Notes: generated from the letters alone by a model not told the origin. Positions 1-10,935 are shown, counted from the first letter of the stretch. The stretch: 61,911 nt of DNA from Faecousia sp. (GCA_045585915.1 JAZMZJ010000086.1:1-61911), one strand, 5' to 3'. A program made the numbers and translations.

Positions 1-178
1 CCACACCAAGCCCCGCAAGCAGGGCGAGGCCGGCGGCATCGTAAAGAAGGAGACCCCTATCCGCGCCTGCAAGGTCGCTCTGTACTGCGAAAAGTGCGGC
101 AAGGGCGTTCGCGTGGGCTACAAGGTGGAAGATGGCAAGAAGACTCGTATCTGCGCTAAGTGCAAGAACGAAATCTAA
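1..178 (+). CDS. rplX: 50S ribosomal protein L24 (3' part, truncated by window edge)
   Basis: Frame 2 reads HTKPRKQGEAGGIVKKETPIRACKVALYCEKCGKGVRVGYKVEDGKKTRICAKCKNEI*; lies directly upstream of rplE. Confidence 0.95.
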   Translation, partial: HTKPRKQGEAGGIVKKETPIRACKVALYCEKCGKGVRVGYKVEDGKKTRICAKCKNEI

Positions 179-196
179 GGAAAGGAGTAAATCACA

Positions 197-739
197 ATGG
201 CTAATCGTTTGAAAGAAAGATATACCGCTGAGATCGCTCCTGCCCTGAACAAGAAGTTCGGCTACAAGAGCGTGATGCAGATCCCCAAGCTGGCCAAGGT
301 CATCGTGAACGTTGGCTGCGGTGAGAGCAAGAACAATGCCAAGGAGATCGAGGCTATCTGCAAGGATATCGCCACCATCACCGGCCAGAAGCCCATCACC
401 TGCAAGGCCCGTAAGTCCGTTGCTAACTTCAAGCTCCGTGAGGGCGAAACTGTTGGCGTGAAGGTCACCCTGCGTGGCGACAAGATGTACGAGTTCCTGG
501 ACCGTCTGTTCAGCGTTGCGCTGCCCCGTGTCCGTGACTTCCGTGGCATCAACCCCAATTCCTTCGACGGTCGTGGCAACTATGCCTTTGGTCTGAAGGA
601 GCAGCTGATCTTCCCTGAGATCGAGTACGACAAGGTAGACAAGATCCGTGGTATGGATATTTGCATCTGCACCACCGCTACCACCGACGAGGAAGCCAAA
701 GAGCTGATCACCATGCTCGGCGCTCCCTTCCACGCTTGA
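197..739 (+). CDS. rplE: 50S ribosomal protein L5
   Basis: Motifs ITGQKP, NFKLREG, FDGRGNY; spc operon order. Confidence 0.99.
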   Translation: MANRLKERYTAEIAPALNKKFGYKSVMQIPKLAKVIVNVGCGESKNNAKEIEAICKDIATITGQKPITCKARKSVANFKLREGETVGVKVTLRGDKMYEFLDRLFSVALPRVRDFRGINPNSFDGRGNYAFGLKEQLIFPEIEYDKVDKIRGMDICICTTATTDEEAKELITMLGAPFHA

Positions 740-755
740 TTAGGAGGAAAAGCAA

Positions 756-941
756 ATGGCTAAAAAGTCTATGATCCTGAAGCAGCAGGCTGGCGCCAAG
801 TTCTCCAGCCGCCGCTACAATCGCTGCAAGATCTGCGGCAGACCCCACGCTTACCTGCGGGACTACGGTGTATGCCGTATCTGCTTCCGTGAGCTGGCTT
901 ACAAGGGTCAGATTCCCGGCGTCCGCAAGGCCAGCTGGTAA
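756..941 (+). CDS. rpsN: 30S ribosomal protein S14 (zinc-binding type Z)
   Basis: 61 aa, RCKICGRP...CRICFRELA. Confidence 0.99.
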   Translation: MAKKSMILKQQAGAKFSSRRYNRCKICGRPHAYLRDYGVCRICFRELAYKGQIPGVRKASW

Positions 942-1144
942 TCAACAATCTAACCTATTTGGTTAAAAACGCTTATTAAGCGTGTTTTTGGTGTGGTGCA
1001 ACTAACTGCACCTCGGTCTGAAAATAATGTGAAAACGATTCGAAGAGTCCCGGGAAGATGGCTCCGCAAAAGCGGAGCGCATTCCCCGGATACCTTCGGG
1101 TCTCAACGGGTTAAGCCCGTAACTTCTAAAAGGAGGATATTAAC

Positions 1145-1543
1145 ATGCAAATCACCGATCCCGTAGCAGATATGCTGACCAGAATCCGGAACGCTAACTC
1201 TGCAAAGCACGACACTGTGGATGTTCCTGCTTCCAACCTGAAGAAGGCCATTGCCCAGATTCTGCTGGATGAAGGCTATATCAAGGCCTACACCGTAGTT
1301 GACAACGGCAATCAGGGCGTCATCCACATCACCCTGAAGTATTTGGCAAAGAAGCAGCAGGTTATTTCCGGCCTGCGCCGCGTATCCAAGCCCGGCCTGC
1401 GTGTATACGCCGGCACCGAGGATATGCCCCATGTCCTGAAGGGCCTGGGCATTGCCATTGTTTCCACTTCCAAGGGTGTTATGACCGACAAGAAGGCTCG
1501 CGAGCTGCACATTGGCGGCGAAGTGCTGGCTTTCGTTTGGTAA
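1145..1543 (+). CDS. rpsH: 30S ribosomal protein S8
   Basis: [30 protein letters not shown]. Confidence 0.99.
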   Translation: MQITDPVADMLTRIRNANSAKHDTVDVPASNLKKAIAQILLDEGYIKAYTVVDNGNQGVIHITLKYLAKKQQVISGLRRVSKPGLRVYAGTEDMPHVLKGLGIAIVSTSKGVMTDKKARELHIGGEVLAFVW

Positions 1544-1556
1544 GGAGGAAAGCACA

Positions 1557-2102
1557 ATGTCTAGAATTGGTAAGAAGCCGGTTATCATCCCGGCAAATGT
1601 TACGGTTGACATTGCCGCTGGCAACGCTGTTACCGTAAAGGGTCCTAAGGGCACCCTGTCTTATACCTTCCACCCCGATATGATCCTGAAGCTGGAGGGC
1701 AACGCTTTGACTGTAGAGCGCCCCGATGAGGAGCACCTGCACAAGAGCCTGCACGGCCTGACCCGTACTCTGCTGAGCAACATGATTGAGGGCGTTGAGA
1801 AGGGCTATTCCAAGACGCTGGAAGTCAACGGCGTTGGCTACCGCGCTGAGAAGAAGGGTACTCAGCTGGTTATGCGTCTGGGCTACTCCCACGAAGTGTT
1901 TATGGATGAGATTCCTGGCATCACTGTGGAAGTTCCTAATCCCAACACGATTATTGTCCACGGCATCGACAAGCAGGTTGTTGGCCAGTTTGCCGCTGAA
2001 GTCCGTGGTAAGCGTCCCCCCGAGCCTTACAAGGGCAAGGGCATCAAGTACTCCACCGAAGTTATCCGCCGCAAGGTTGGTAAGACCGGTGGCAAGAAGT
2101 AA
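1557..2102 (+). CDS. rplF: 50S ribosomal protein L6
   Basis: MSRIGKKPV start after AGGAGG RBS; [11 protein letters not shown]. Confidence 0.99.
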   Translation: MSRIGKKPVIIPANVTVDIAAGNAVTVKGPKGTLSYTFHPDMILKLEGNALTVERPDEEHLHKSLHGLTRTLLSNMIEGVEKGYSKTLEVNGVGYRAEKKGTQLVMRLGYSHEVFMDEIPGITVEVPNPNTIIVHGIDKQVVGQFAAEVRGKRPPEPYKGKGIKYSTEVIRRKVGKTGGKK

Positions 2103-2117
2103 TGGAGGTGTGCCGAA

Positions 2118-2477
2118 ATGGTCAGTAATGTTAATAAGAATGCAATGCGCCTGAAGCGGCATGTCCGTGTTCGTGGCAAGGTCACCGGCACTCCTGAGCG
2201 TCCTCGTCTGAACGTGTTCCGCAGCAATGCCAACATTTATGCCCAGATCATCGACGACGTTAATGGCGTGACCCTGGTGTCCGCCAATACGCTGGAGAAG
2301 GAATTTGAGGGCGCTACCGGCAACTGTGAAGCTGCCAAGAAGGTAGGCACCGTTCTTGCTGAGCGTGCCAAGGCAAAGGGTATCGAGCAGGTCGTATTTG
2401 ACCGCGGCGGCTATCTGTATCACGGCCGCGTCGCTGCTCTGGCTGAGGGCGCCCGCGAGGGTGGACTCCAGTTCTAA
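2118..2477 (+). CDS. rplR: 50S ribosomal protein L18
   Basis: [23 protein letters not shown]. Confidence 0.99.
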   Translation: MVSNVNKNAMRLKRHVRVRGKVTGTPERPRLNVFRSNANIYAQIIDDVNGVTLVSANTLEKEFEGATGNCEAAKKVGTVLAERAKAKGIEQVVFDRGGYLYHGRVAALAEGAREGGLQF

Positions 2478-2495
2478 GGTAGAGGAGGAAAAGAA

Positions 2496-3005
2496 ATGGC
2501 TTACAATAAGACTCCTAACAATGAAGTATCTGAGCTCATTGAGAAGGTCGTTTACCTGAACCGCGTCTCCAAGACCGTTAAGGGCGGCCGCGTAATGAAG
2601 TTCTCTGCTCTGGTCGTCGTTGGTGACGGCAAGGGCACCGTGGGCTACGGCCTGGGTAAGGCAGCGGAAGTTTCCGAGGCAATTCTCAAGGGCATCACCG
2701 ATGCCAAGAAGAACATGGTCAAGGTCTCCCTGGCTGATGGCACCATTCCCCACGATGTGATCGGCATCTTTGGCGCCGGCACTGTTATGCTCAAGCCTGC
2801 TACAGAAGGTACCGGCGTGATCGCCGGCGGCGCTGTGCGTGCTGTTATGGAAGCAGCCGGCATTCGCAACATCTGCGCTAAGTGCCTGCGTTCCAACAAC
2901 CCCCAGAACGTGGTCAAGGCCACCATGGAGGGCTTAAAGTCCCTGCGCAGCCCCGAGCAGGTTGCTGCAATCCGCGGCAAGACCGTGGAAGAAATCGTCG
3001 GTTAA
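2496..3005 (+). CDS. rpsE: 30S ribosomal protein S5
   Basis: [24 protein letters not shown]. Confidence 0.99.
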   Translation: MAYNKTPNNEVSELIEKVVYLNRVSKTVKGGRVMKFSALVVVGDGKGTVGYGLGKAAEVSEAILKGITDAKKNMVKVSLADGTIPHDVIGIFGAGTVMLKPATEGTGVIAGGAVRAVMEAAGIRNICAKCLRSNNPQNVVKATMEGLKSLRSPEQVAAIRGKTVEEIVG

Positions 3006-3018
3006 GGAGGGCATTAAC

Positions 3019-3201
3019 ATGGCAAATCTGAGAATTGAGCTTGTTAAGAGCCTGAACGGCCGTCTGGAAAAGCAAATTGCTACTGCCCAGTCCCTCGGTC
3101 TGCGTAAGATCGGACAGGTCACCATTCAGCCGGATAACGAACAGACCCGCGGCAAGATCGCTAAGATCGCTTTTATGCTGCAGGTAACAGAAGTAGAATA
3201 A
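3019..3201 (+). CDS. rpmD: 50S ribosomal protein L30
   Basis: MANLRIELVKSLNGR...LGLRKIGQ; RBS AGGAGG; between rpsE and rplO. Confidence 0.97.
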   Translation: MANLRIELVKSLNGRLEKQIATAQSLGLRKIGQVTIQPDNEQTRGKIAKIAFMLQVTEVE

Positions 3202-3214
3202 GGAGGAGTAAAGA

Positions 3215-3655
3215 ATGAATCTGCATGAACTTTCTCCTGTCCAGGGTTCTACCCAGGTAGGTAAGCGCAAGGGTCGCGGTACCGGTTCCGGTAACGGCAA
3301 GACCGGCGGTCGCGGTCACAAGGGCCAGCATGCCCGTAGTGGCGGCAAGGTTCGCGTGGGCTTCGAAGGCGGCCAGATGCCTCTGGTACGCCGGGTTCCC
3401 AAGCGCGGTTTCATCAACAATTTTGCAAAGCCCCTGACTGCCATTAACCTGACAGTTCTGAATCGTTTCGAGGATGGCGCTGTGGTTGACGCAGCAGCTC
3501 TGATCGAAAAGGGCATTCTGTCTTCCTGCCCCTACGGTCTGAAGGTGCTGTCCAACGGTAACCTGACCAAGAAGGTCACTGTGAAGGCAGCGGCTTTCTC
3601 CCAGTCTGCAAAGGAAAAAATCGAGCAGGCAGGCGGAAAGGCCGAGGTGGTTTAA
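3215..3655 (+). CDS. rplO: 50S ribosomal protein L15
   Basis: [27 protein letters not shown]. Confidence 0.99.
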   Translation: MNLHELSPVQGSTQVGKRKGRGTGSGNGKTGGRGHKGQHARSGGKVRVGFEGGQMPLVRRVPKRGFINNFAKPLTAINLTVLNRFEDGAVVDAAALIEKGILSSCPYGLKVLSNGNLTKKVTVKAAAFSQSAKEKIEQAGGKAEVV

Positions 3656-4927
3656 GTGCTTAAGACACTGGCAAATGCCTGGAAAATTCCCGAGCTGCGT
3701 AAGAAGCTGATTTTCACCATGATGATTCTGCTGATTTACCGGATTTGCAGCGTCATCCCCGTTCCCTTTGTGAATACGGAGCAAATGGCATACTTCTTCG
3801 ACGCAAACCTGGGTAACACCATTCTGGGTCTTTATAACGCCATGAGTGGCTCTGCCTTCTCTCAGGCATCCATTATGGCACTGGGCATCCAGCCCTATAT
3901 TAACGCATCCATTATCATCCAGCTTCTGACTGTTGCTATCCCTGCCTTGGAGCGCATGGCTAAGGAGCAGGGTGAGATTGGCAAGAAGAAGATTGAGCGC
4001 ATCACCCGTTACACCACCGCAGGCCTGGGCCTGCTGCTGGGCTTCGCTTACTACACCATGATTAGCAGCTATGGCATTCTGGAGAATTCCCAGCATGCTG
4101 TTCTGCAGGCTATCGTGATCATCGGCGCATTTGCAGCCGGCGGCGCCTTTGCTATGTGGCTGGGTGAGCAGATTACTGAGCACGGCATTGGCAACGGTAT
4201 CTCCATGATCCTGTTTGCCAACATCGTAGCAGGCATTCCCCAGATGCTCACCAACCTTATGGGCGGCGCAATGGCCTGGTGGATTGGTGTTATCGTGGGC
4301 GTGGTTCTGCTGGCTCTGATTGTGTTCATCGTATTTATTAACGATGCTGAGCGTCGTATTCCCATTCAGTACGCAAAGCGTGTGGTTGGCCGTAAGGTTT
4401 ACGGCGGTCAGAACACCAACCTGCCCATCAAGGTGAGTATGTCCGGTGTTATGCCCGTGATCTTCGCCCAGTCCATCGTCTCCTTGCCCGGTACTGTTTG
4501 CGCCTTTGTTGGCGTGGACTCCGGTTGGGCCTATGACCTGTTCTGCGTGCCCAGCGGTTGGGCGTACTGTGTGCTTTACGGTCTGCTGATTTTCTTCTTC
4601 AGCTGGTTCTATTCCACCATTCAGTATGATCCTGTTGAAATCTCCAACAACCTGAAGAACAACGGCGGCTTCATCCCCGGCTTCCGCCCCGGAAAGCCCA
4701 CCGCTGACTTCATCAAGAAGGTTATCAACAAAATTCTGATTTTCGGTGCTTTCTACCTGGCTATCGTATCCCTGATGCCCATCGTTGGTGCAGCAGTGGA
4801 ACCCAGCATTCAGTCCCTGGCCATCGGCGGCACCTCCATCATCATTGTGGTTGGCGTTGCTCTGGAGACTGTGAAGGCTTTGGAAGCACAGATGCTTATG
4901 CGTCACTACAAGGGCTTCCTGGATTAA
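3656..4927 (+). CDS. secY: preprotein translocase subunit SecY
   Basis: Polytopic membrane protein; ALGIQPYINASII, GIGNGIS, IPGFRPGK. Confidence 0.99.
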   Translation: MLKTLANAWKIPELRKKLIFTMMILLIYRICSVIPVPFVNTEQMAYFFDANLGNTILGLYNAMSGSAFSQASIMALGIQPYINASIIIQLLTVAIPALERMAKEQGEIGKKKIERITRYTTAGLGLLLGFAYYTMISSYGILENSQHAVLQAIVIIGAFAAGGAFAMWLGEQITEHGIGNGISMILFANIVAGIPQMLTNLMGGAMAWWIGVIVGVVLLALIVFIVFINDAERRIPIQYAKRVVGRKVYGGQNTNLPIKVSMSGVMPVIFAQSIVSLPGTVCAFVGVDSGWAYDLFCVPSGWAYCVLYGLLIFFFSWFYSTIQYDPVEISNNLKNNGGFIPGFRPGKPTADFIKKVINKILIFGAFYLAIVSLMPIVGAAVEPSIQSLAIGGTSIIIVVGVALETVKALEAQMLMRHYKGFLD

Positions 4928-4939
4928 GGGAGGATTCCT

Positions 4940-5578
4940 ATGAACCTTATCCTTTTGGGTGCCCCCGGTGCAGGCAAGGGTACGCAGGCTGAGATGCTTA
5001 TCGAAAAACTGCAAATCCCTTCCATCTCCACCGGAAATATGCTCCGGGAGGCTATCAGCAATGATACCGACCTGGGCAAGCTTGCGAAACAATATATGGA
5101 CGGCGGCAACCTGGTGCCGGACGATGTTATACTTGGCATCGTGGCGCAGCGGGTGGCTCAGCCGGATTGCAAAAATGGCTTTGTCCTGGACGGGGTGCCC
5201 CGCACCCTGGCCCAGGCCCAGGCCTTGGATGCAAAAGGCGTTGCCATCGACCATGTAGTTTCCATAGAGGTAGATGACGGTGTGATTGAGAGCCGGATGA
5301 CCGGCCGACGGGTGTGCACTAAGTGCGGCGCCAGCTATCACATCACTGCCAACCCCACCAAGACCGACGGGATATGCGACCTGTGCGGCAGCCCGGTCAC
5401 CATCCGTAAGGACGACGCTCCGGAAACAGTGCGTAAGCGCCTGGAGGTGTACCACGCATCTACCGAGGTGCTGAAGGACTATTACCGGCAGCAAGGCAAG
5501 CTTTGCCTTATTAACGGTGAGCAGTCCATTGAGGGTGCCAATCAGGATATCCTGAAGGCTATTGGAGAAACGGTATGA
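4940..5578 (+). CDS. adk: adenylate kinase (Zn-lid type)
   Basis: GAPGAGKGTQA P-loop; CTKC...CDLC lid. Confidence 0.99.
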   Translation: MNLILLGAPGAGKGTQAEMLIEKLQIPSISTGNMLREAISNDTDLGKLAKQYMDGGNLVPDDVILGIVAQRVAQPDCKNGFVLDGVPRTLAQAQALDAKGVAIDHVVSIEVDDGVIESRMTGRRVCTKCGASYHITANPTKTDGICDLCGSPVTIRKDDAPETVRKRLEVYHASTEVLKDYYRQQGKLCLINGEQSIEGANQDILKAIGETV

Positions 5579-6330
5579 TCGCAATTAAAAATGAACATGA
5601 GCTTGCGTGCATGCGTCAGGCCGGCAAAATTACCGCGGCAGCCCGTGCTTTGGCAGGGGAAATGGTAAGACCGGGCGTGAGCACACAGGCTATCGACAAA
5701 GCTGTCCACGATTTTATTGTGGCTCAGGGCGCAAAACCGTCGTTCCTGGGTTATGGCGGCTTCCCGGCAAGCACCTGCATTTCTGTAAACAGCACGGTGA
5801 TTCACGGCATCCCCGGTGGGTATATCCTGCAGGAGGGCGATATTGTGAGCATCGATGTGGGCGCCTTGTATAAGGGCTTTCATGGAGATTGCGCGGCTAC
5901 CTTTCCCTGCGGCGAGATTTCGCCTCAGGCACAAAAATTGATTGATGTAACGAAGCAAAGCTTTTTTGAGGGTCTTCGCTTCGCGAAAAAGGGACACAGA
6001 GTGTCCGATATCTCCCACGCCATACAGACGTATGTGGAGTCTAACGGTTTTTCAGTTGTACGTTCCTTCGTAGGTCACGGCGTGGGCGCGCAGCTGCACG
6101 AGGAGCCGGAAGTTCCCAATTTTGGGGCGACCGGCCGTGGACCAAGATTGCTGCCCGGTATGACATTGGCCATTGAACCCATGGTCAATGAAGGCACTTA
6201 TGATGTTCGGGTCTTAAAGGACCGCTGGACAACAGTAACTGCTGACGGTAAGCTCTCGGCCCACTATGAAAATACTGTATGTATCACCGACGGGGAGCCG
6301 GAAATACTCACCGTCGCCGAAGGACTTTGA
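5575..6330 (+). CDS. map: type I methionine aminopeptidase
   Basis: GHGVG..LHEEP, AIEPM, SAHYE. Confidence 0.99.
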   Translation: MIAIKNEHELACMRQAGKITAAARALAGEMVRPGVSTQAIDKAVHDFIVAQGAKPSFLGYGGFPASTCISVNSTVIHGIPGGYILQEGDIVSIDVGALYKGFHGDCAATFPCGEISPQAQKLIDVTKQSFFEGLRFAKKGHRVSDISHAIQTYVESNGFSVVRSFVGHGVGAQLHEEPEVPNFGATGRGPRLLPGMTLAIEPMVNEGTYDVRVLKDRWTTVTADGKLSAHYENTVCITDGEPEILTVAEGL

Positions 6331-6332
6331 TT

Positions 6333-6620
6333 ATGGACCCTGATTTACCGGATTTAACAATTGCAGATGTGGTCATCTCCACAGCAGGGCGGGATGCCGG
6401 AAAGTTGTTTTATGTGCTTGAAGCAGACGATACCTGGCTGACCCTGGCAAATGGAAAGGACCGCTCTCTTGAAAAACCCAAACGTAAAAAGCGCAAGCAC
6501 ACGACTAAGGTCCTTCGCTCTGAGACCCGTATCGCCGAGAAGCTACGCTGCGGCGAGAAGGTGCTCAACAGCGAATTACGAAGAGACTTGGCTTATTTAA
6601 GCAAAAACCTGGGAGGTTAA
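6333..6620 (+). CDS. KOW-domain RNA-binding protein (L14e-like)
   Basis: STAGRDAGK...KPKRKKRKH; conserved map-infA position in Firmicutes. Confidence 0.85.
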   Translation: MDPDLPDLTIADVVISTAGRDAGKLFYVLEADDTWLTLANGKDRSLEKPKRKKRKHTTKVLRSETRIAEKLRCGEKVLNSELRRDLAYLSKNLGG

Positions 6621-6625
6621 ACGCT

Positions 6626-6844
6626 TTGGCAAAAGACGACGTAATTGAGATTGAGGGCATTGTTACCGACAACCTGCCCAACGCTATGTTCAGCGTGGAC
6701 ATCGGCAACGGCCACAAAATTCTGGCAACCATTTCCGGCAAGCTCCGCATGAATTTCATCAAGATCTTGCCCGGTGACAAGGTAACTGTACAAATGTCTC
6801 CTTATGATCTGACCAGAGGCCGGATCACCTGGAGAAGCAAGTAA
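6626..6844 (+). CDS. infA: translation initiation factor IF-1
   Basis: [10 protein letters not shown]...[10 protein letters not shown]; TTG start. Confidence 0.99.
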   Translation: MAKDDVIEIEGIVTDNLPNAMFSVDIGNGHKILATISGKLRMNFIKILPGDKVTVQMSPYDLTRGRITWRSK

Positions 6845-6882
6845 ACAAAAGAGACATTGTTCTCATATGGAGGTTAAACAGT

Positions 6883-6996
6883 ATGAAGGTAAGACCGTCC
6901 GTTAAACCCATGTGCGAAAAGTGTAAAATCATCAAGCGCAAGGGTCGCGTTATGGTAATTTGCGAAAACCCCAAGCACAAGCAGAGACAAGGCTAA
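6883..6996 (+). CDS. rpmJ: 50S ribosomal protein L36
   Basis: Hand-translated [37 protein letters not shown]; too short for the ORF track. Confidence 0.99.
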   Translation: MKVRPSVKPMCEKCKIIKRKGRVMVICENPKHKQRQG

Positions 6997-7014
6997 TAGG
7001 AGGTGCGATAGAAT

Positions 7015-7383
7015 ATGGCACGTATTTCTGGTATTGACCTGCCCCGCGAAAAGCGAATCGAGGTGGCACTGACTTATATCTATGGCATCGGACCGGCCCG
7101 GGCCGCAAAGGTTCTGGAGATCACCAAGATTGATCCTGACACCCGCGTTAAGGACCTGACCGAGGATCAGGAAGCTCAGCTTCGTGATGCCATCGAGCAC
7201 AACTACACCATCGAGGGTGACCTGCGTCGTGAAACCGCTATGAACATCAAGCGGCTCAGCGAAATCGGTTGCTACCGTGGTCTGCGTCATCGCCGTGGCC
7301 TGCCTGTGCATGGCCAGCGGACTAAGACCAACGCCCGCACCCGTAAGGGCCCCAAGAAGACCATCGCTAACAAGAAGAAGTAA
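7015..7383 (+). CDS. rpsM: 30S ribosomal protein S13
   Basis: [23 protein letters not shown]. Confidence 0.99.
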   Translation: MARISGIDLPREKRIEVALTYIYGIGPARAAKVLEITKIDPDTRVKDLTEDQEAQLRDAIEHNYTIEGDLRRETAMNIKRLSEIGCYRGLRHRRGLPVHGQRTKTNARTRKGPKKTIANKKK

Positions 7384-7398
7384 GGAGGGATATGTACA

Positions 7399-7794
7399 AT
7401 GGCTAAGGCTACTAAGAAAGTTGTGAAGCGCCGCAGAGAGCGCAAAGTAGTTGAAAAGGGCGCGGCACATATCCGTTCCTCTTTCAACAACACCATGGTA
7501 ACCATCACTGACCTGGAAGGCAATGCCCTTTCTTGGGCTTCCTCCGGCGGCCTGGGTTTCCGTGGCTCCCGTAAGTCCACTCCCTTTGCTGCCCAGACTG
7601 CTGCTGAAACCGCAGCCAAGGCTGCTATGGAGTTCGGCCTGAAGACCGTTGAGGTCTATGTTAAGGGCCCCGGTCAGGGTCGCGAAGCTGCGATCCGTGC
7701 ACTGCAGACCGCAGGCCTGGAAGTTGTAATGATTAAGGACGTCACTCCCATTCCTCACAATGGTTGCCGTCCCCCCAAGCGCCGCCGCGTTTAA
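7399..7794 (+). CDS. rpsK: 30S ribosomal protein S11
   Basis: [29 protein letters not shown]. Confidence 0.99.
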   Translation: MAKATKKVVKRRRERKVVEKGAAHIRSSFNNTMVTITDLEGNALSWASSGGLGFRGSRKSTPFAAQTAAETAAKAAMEFGLKTVEVYVKGPGQGREAAIRALQTAGLEVVMIKDVTPIPHNGCRPPKRRRV

Positions 7795-7817
7795 TTTGCA
7801 ATAGGAGGAATTAAGAT

Positions 7818-8414
7818 ATGGCTAAGAATATGCAGCCTGTGCTGAAGCGTTGCAGAACGCTGGGTGTTTCTCCTGCCGCAATGGGTTATTCCAAGACTTC
7901 CAACAAGAACCCCGGCGGCCAGAGAAGAGCTAAGAAGTCTGAGTACGCTACTCAGCTGACCGAGAAGCAGAAGGTTAAGTTTGTTTACGGTATTCAGGAG
8001 AAGCAGTTCCGGAACTACTACGAGAAGGCCTCCCGCCATGAAGGCAACACCGGTGAGGTGCTGCTGAGCCTGGTGGAGCGCAGACTGGACAACGTAGTTT
8101 ATCGTCTGGGCTTTGCCAACTCCCGCCGTCAGGCTCGCCAGCTGGTGAACCACGGCCACTTTACCGTGAACGGCAATCGTGTAAACATCCCCAGCTACCT
8201 GGTGAAGGTTGGCGATGTTGTTGCCGTCAGCGAGAAGGCTTCCTCTAACAACTTCTTCAAGAAGCTGAAGGAAGATGACGCATTTGTTGCCGCTCCCAAG
8301 TGGCTGGATCGCGATAAGAATACCCTCACCGGTAAGGTCGTTGCTGTGCCTACCCAGGCGGATATCGACTTCGACATCGCAGTCCACCTGATCGTCGAGT
8401 TGTACTCCAAGTAA
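7818..8414 (+). CDS. rpsD: 30S ribosomal protein S4
   Basis: ERRLDNVVYRLG, ARQLVNHGH, IVELYSK. Confidence 0.99.
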   Translation: MAKNMQPVLKRCRTLGVSPAAMGYSKTSNKNPGGQRRAKKSEYATQLTEKQKVKFVYGIQEKQFRNYYEKASRHEGNTGEVLLSLVERRLDNVVYRLGFANSRRQARQLVNHGHFTVNGNRVNIPSYLVKVGDVVAVSEKASSNNFFKKLKEDDAFVAAPKWLDRDKNTLTGKVVAVPTQADIDFDIAVHLIVELYSK

Positions 8415-8490
8415 TTGACCCCCTGTTTGATCGCTTATTTGGAAAGACGGTGCATTCTACACCGTCAACACTAAAAGGAGGGTATAATTC

Positions 8491-9447
8491 ATGGTTGAAA
8501 TTGAAAAGCCTCGCATCAATTGCTTTGATGACGCTGCAGACGTGTCCTACGGCAAGTATGTTGTAGAGCCCCTGGAGCGTGGCTACGGTATGACTTTGGG
8601 TAACTCCCTGCGCCGTATCCTGCTGAGCAGTCTGCCCGGCTACGCCGCAACCTCTGTAAAGATTGCCGGCGTGCAGCACGAGTTTTCCACCATCCCCGGC
8701 GTTACTGAGGATGTGACCGAAATCGTTCTGAATGTTAAGCAGCTGATTTTGAAGCTGCACAGCCAGGGCATTAAGACCGTTTATATCGATGCAGTGGGCC
8801 CCTGTGAGGTCACTGCCGGCGATATCAAGGCTGATGGTGAGGTTGAAATCCTGAACCCCGAGCTGCACATCTGCACCTTGGGCGAAGGTGCCACATTTAA
8901 TATGGAAATCACCCTGTCTCAGGGCCGTGGCTATGTGCCTGCTGACCGTAACAAGTCTGCACAGACCGTAATCGGTGTGATTCCTATCGACTCCATTTAT
9001 TCCCCTGTTCAAAAGGTGAATTATTCTGTGGAGCCTACCCGTGTCGGCGATAAGACCGACTTTGACAAGCTGACCTTAGAGGTCTGGACAGATTCCACTA
9101 TCTCTGCAAAGGATGCTGTGTCCCTGGGCGCCAAGATTCTTTCCGACCACCTGACCGTGTTCACCGCTCTTTCTGACGCCGTGAGCGCTGGCTCTACCGT
9201 GGTTGAAAAGTCTTCCAATGCTCCCGATGCCAAGCTGGCAATGACCATTGACGAGCTGGATCTGTCTGTCCGTAGCTTCAATTGTCTTAAGCGTGCCAAT
9301 ATCAACACCGTGGCTGACCTGATCAGCAAGACCGGTGAGGATATGATGAAGGTGCGTAACATGGGCAAGAAGTCTTTGGACGAAGTGCAGAAGAAGCTGG
9401 AAATGATGGGCTTGTCCCTGGCCAGCGAGGATTCTGGCAATAACTAA
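8491..9447 (+). CDS. rpoA: RNA polymerase alpha subunit
   Basis: [21 protein letters not shown]; alpha-[15 protein letters not shown]. Confidence 0.99.
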   Translation: MVEIEKPRINCFDDAADVSYGKYVVEPLERGYGMTLGNSLRRILLSSLPGYAATSVKIAGVQHEFSTIPGVTEDVTEIVLNVKQLILKLHSQGIKTVYIDAVGPCEVTAGDIKADGEVEILNPELHICTLGEGATFNMEITLSQGRGYVPADRNKSAQTVIGVIPIDSIYSPVQKVNYSVEPTRVGDKTDFDKLTLEVWTDSTISAKDAVSLGAKILSDHLTVFTALSDAVSAGSTVVEKSSNAPDAKLAMTIDELDLSVRSFNCLKRANINTVADLISKTGEDMMKVRNMGKKSLDEVQKKLEMMGLSLASEDSGNN

Positions 9448-9467
9448 TCTAGAAGGAGGAAAAGATT

Positions 9468-9809
9468 ATGTTCGGTACTCGTAAGCTGGGTAAGACCAGC
9501 GCACAGAGAAAAGCAATGCTGCGTCAGCAGGTAACCGATCTGCTGGCCAACGGCAAGATCGAGACCACCTTCTATCGTGCCAAGGAAGTGCAGCCCGTGG
9601 TTGAGAAGATGATCACCCTGGGTAAGAAGGGTAACCTGGCTGCTTACCGTCGGGCCATGGCCTATGTGACCAAGGAAGATGTGGTACAGAAGCTGTTTAA
9701 GGAGATCGCTCCCAAGTATGCTGATCGTAACGGCGGCTATACCAGTGTGACCCGTACCGGTCCCCGCCGCGGTGACGCTGCTGAGATGGCTGTCATCGAG
9801 CTGGTGTAA
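9468..9809 (+). CDS. rplQ: 50S ribosomal protein L17
   Basis: [28 protein letters not shown]. Confidence 0.99.
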   Translation: MFGTRKLGKTSAQRKAMLRQQVTDLLANGKIETTFYRAKEVQPVVEKMITLGKKGNLAAYRRAMAYVTKEDVVQKLFKEIAPKYADRNGGYTSVTRTGPRRGDAAEMAVIELV

Positions 9810-9828
9810 TTCGGTTAATTAACTCAGA

Positions 9829-9868
9829 TAAAGGGCGTATCGCGTTGGCGATACGCCCTTTTACTTTT
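9829..9868. terminator. intrinsic (probably bidirectional) terminator ending the ribosomal operon
   Basis: Stem AAGGGCGTATCGC-GTTG-GCGATACGCCCTT followed by T tract, between convergent genes. Confidence 0.9.
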
Positions 9869-9887
9869 GGTTCTATAATAACCTTTT

Positions 9888-10319
9888 TTAAACCACTCCG
9901 TAAAGCGCAAGGGTAAAGCGGTGGAGGGCTTTGTCCCGCTTGCGGTAGACGGTGGATTGCTCCGCGCCCAGTTCTCCGCACAGACGGTCCACAGCGCCTC
10001 GTTCCGGATATATGTAAAGTCGGTGCAGGATCAGCTTTTCTTCCGGCGTCAGGGCGCCCAGGGCCCTGTCTGTGACCGCCAGCCATTGCCGGGCCTGCTG
10101 AAGGGCCAGATGCAGCTCCTCCCGGTACACCATATTGTTCAATAGACCGTCTTCCCGGGCTCTATCCTGGCTGGAATTCACTTTTGCCTCAAAGCCTGCC
10201 GACCGCACAGAGGCGGCTGCTTGTTCCAGACGGCTGATTTCCTGGGGCAGGTTCAATTCTGCCTGACGCATAGCATCGTATTTTCGCAGTTTTTCAATGG
10301 CTTCCTCTTTCCAGTTCAT
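9888..10319 (-). CDS. RinA/ArpU-like (DUF1492, sigma-70 region 4-like) phage-type transcriptional regulator
   Basis: 143 aa from MNWKEEAIEKL; coiled N-terminus then ALGALTPEEKLILHRLYI...LCGELG.EQSTVYRKRDKAL helix-turn-helix. Confidence 0.7.
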   Translation of the reverse strand: MNWKEEAIEKLRKYDAMRQAELNLPQEISRLEQAAASVRSAGFEAKVNSSQDRAREDGLLNNMVYREELHLALQQARQWLAVTDRALGALTPEEKLILHRLYIYPERGAVDRLCGELGAEQSTVYRKRDKALHRFTLALYGVV

Positions 10320-10651
10320 AGCAGCACATCCTTTCTGGCATCGTCCCAGGCCCGACGGGCAGGGCAGGGGCTGGTGCAAAGCTCCTGTGGGCAGCGGCAG
10401 CTTTGGCAGGGATTGTTATTTAAATAGGCCCGGGCCTGATGGGGCGCTGCATAGCGCCTGCCGCCCAGAGCGATTCCCACAGACTGAAGCTGTTCCTGCT
10501 CCTTAGCCTGACGGGGATAGGTGCGAATCAGCTCCCAGCGGCTGATAAACCACCTTCTCCAATCCTGGCAATTCTTATTTTCGCAGTTCCGGGGGTCTTT
10601 CACCCGGGTGCAGCGCAGACAGGGGCTGGGCTGCTGTGATATCGGTCTCAT
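10316..10651 (-). CDS. Cys-rich hypothetical protein
   Basis: GGAGG RBS; two Cys clusters (CLRC...CENKNC, CQSCRC...CTSPC); overlaps the downstream start. Confidence 0.7.
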   Translation of the reverse strand: MRPISQQPSPCLRCTRVKDPRNCENKNCQDWRRWFISRWELIRTYPRQAKEQEQLQSVGIALGGRRYAAPHQARAYLNNNPCQSCRCPQELCTSPCPARRAWDDARKDVLL

Positions 10652-10826
10652 GTTCGTTACCTCCTTTGGTGCATCGTAAACAATATGTGGAAAAGTCGTG
10701 TACCGGAAGTCCGCACTCGGCGCACCAACCCGTGGGGTAAGGGTCGTGCCGCTGGGAGGGGGGGAGAATGCCCCGGTATACCGGCTTTCGCTTGCATGTC
10801 ATTAAATAGCGTATATAACCTTGCAA
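10575..10826 (-). CDS. small zinc-ribbon protein
   Basis: TTG start 5 nt after AGGAGG; CAEC...CLRC; first ORF after the promoter; 77-nt overlap with the next ORF lowers confidence. Confidence 0.5.
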   Translation of the reverse strand: MQGYIRYLMTCKRKPVYRGILPPSQRHDPYPTGWCAECGLPVHDFSTYCLRCTKGGNEHETDITAAQPLSALHPGERPPELRK

Positions 10827-10877
10827 TGTAGCCTCCTATGGTCCGCCCCAGGCCTGTCGGGCGGTGTTTTCAATGCC

Positions 10878-10906
10878 ATAATAGTACTTGAACAAGTACT
10901 TGTCAA
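10878..10906 (-). promoter_or_regulatory. sigma-A promoter with a palindromic operator in its spacer
   Basis: Minus strand TTGACA-17 nt-TATTAT; AGTACTTG-AA-CAAGTACT (10883-10900) fills the spacer. Confidence 0.85.
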
Positions 10907-10935
10907 GGTGTTTCGACAGATTTCGTATAGGTTTA

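Noticed and set aside
1103-9440. Long minus-strand ORFs over the ribosomal operon (e.g. 3173-5584, 1479-2753), and similar shadow ORFs at 44129-45748, 48189-49241 and 54454-55875
   Set aside because: Antisense shadows of strongly codon-biased genes; no RBS or recognisable motifs
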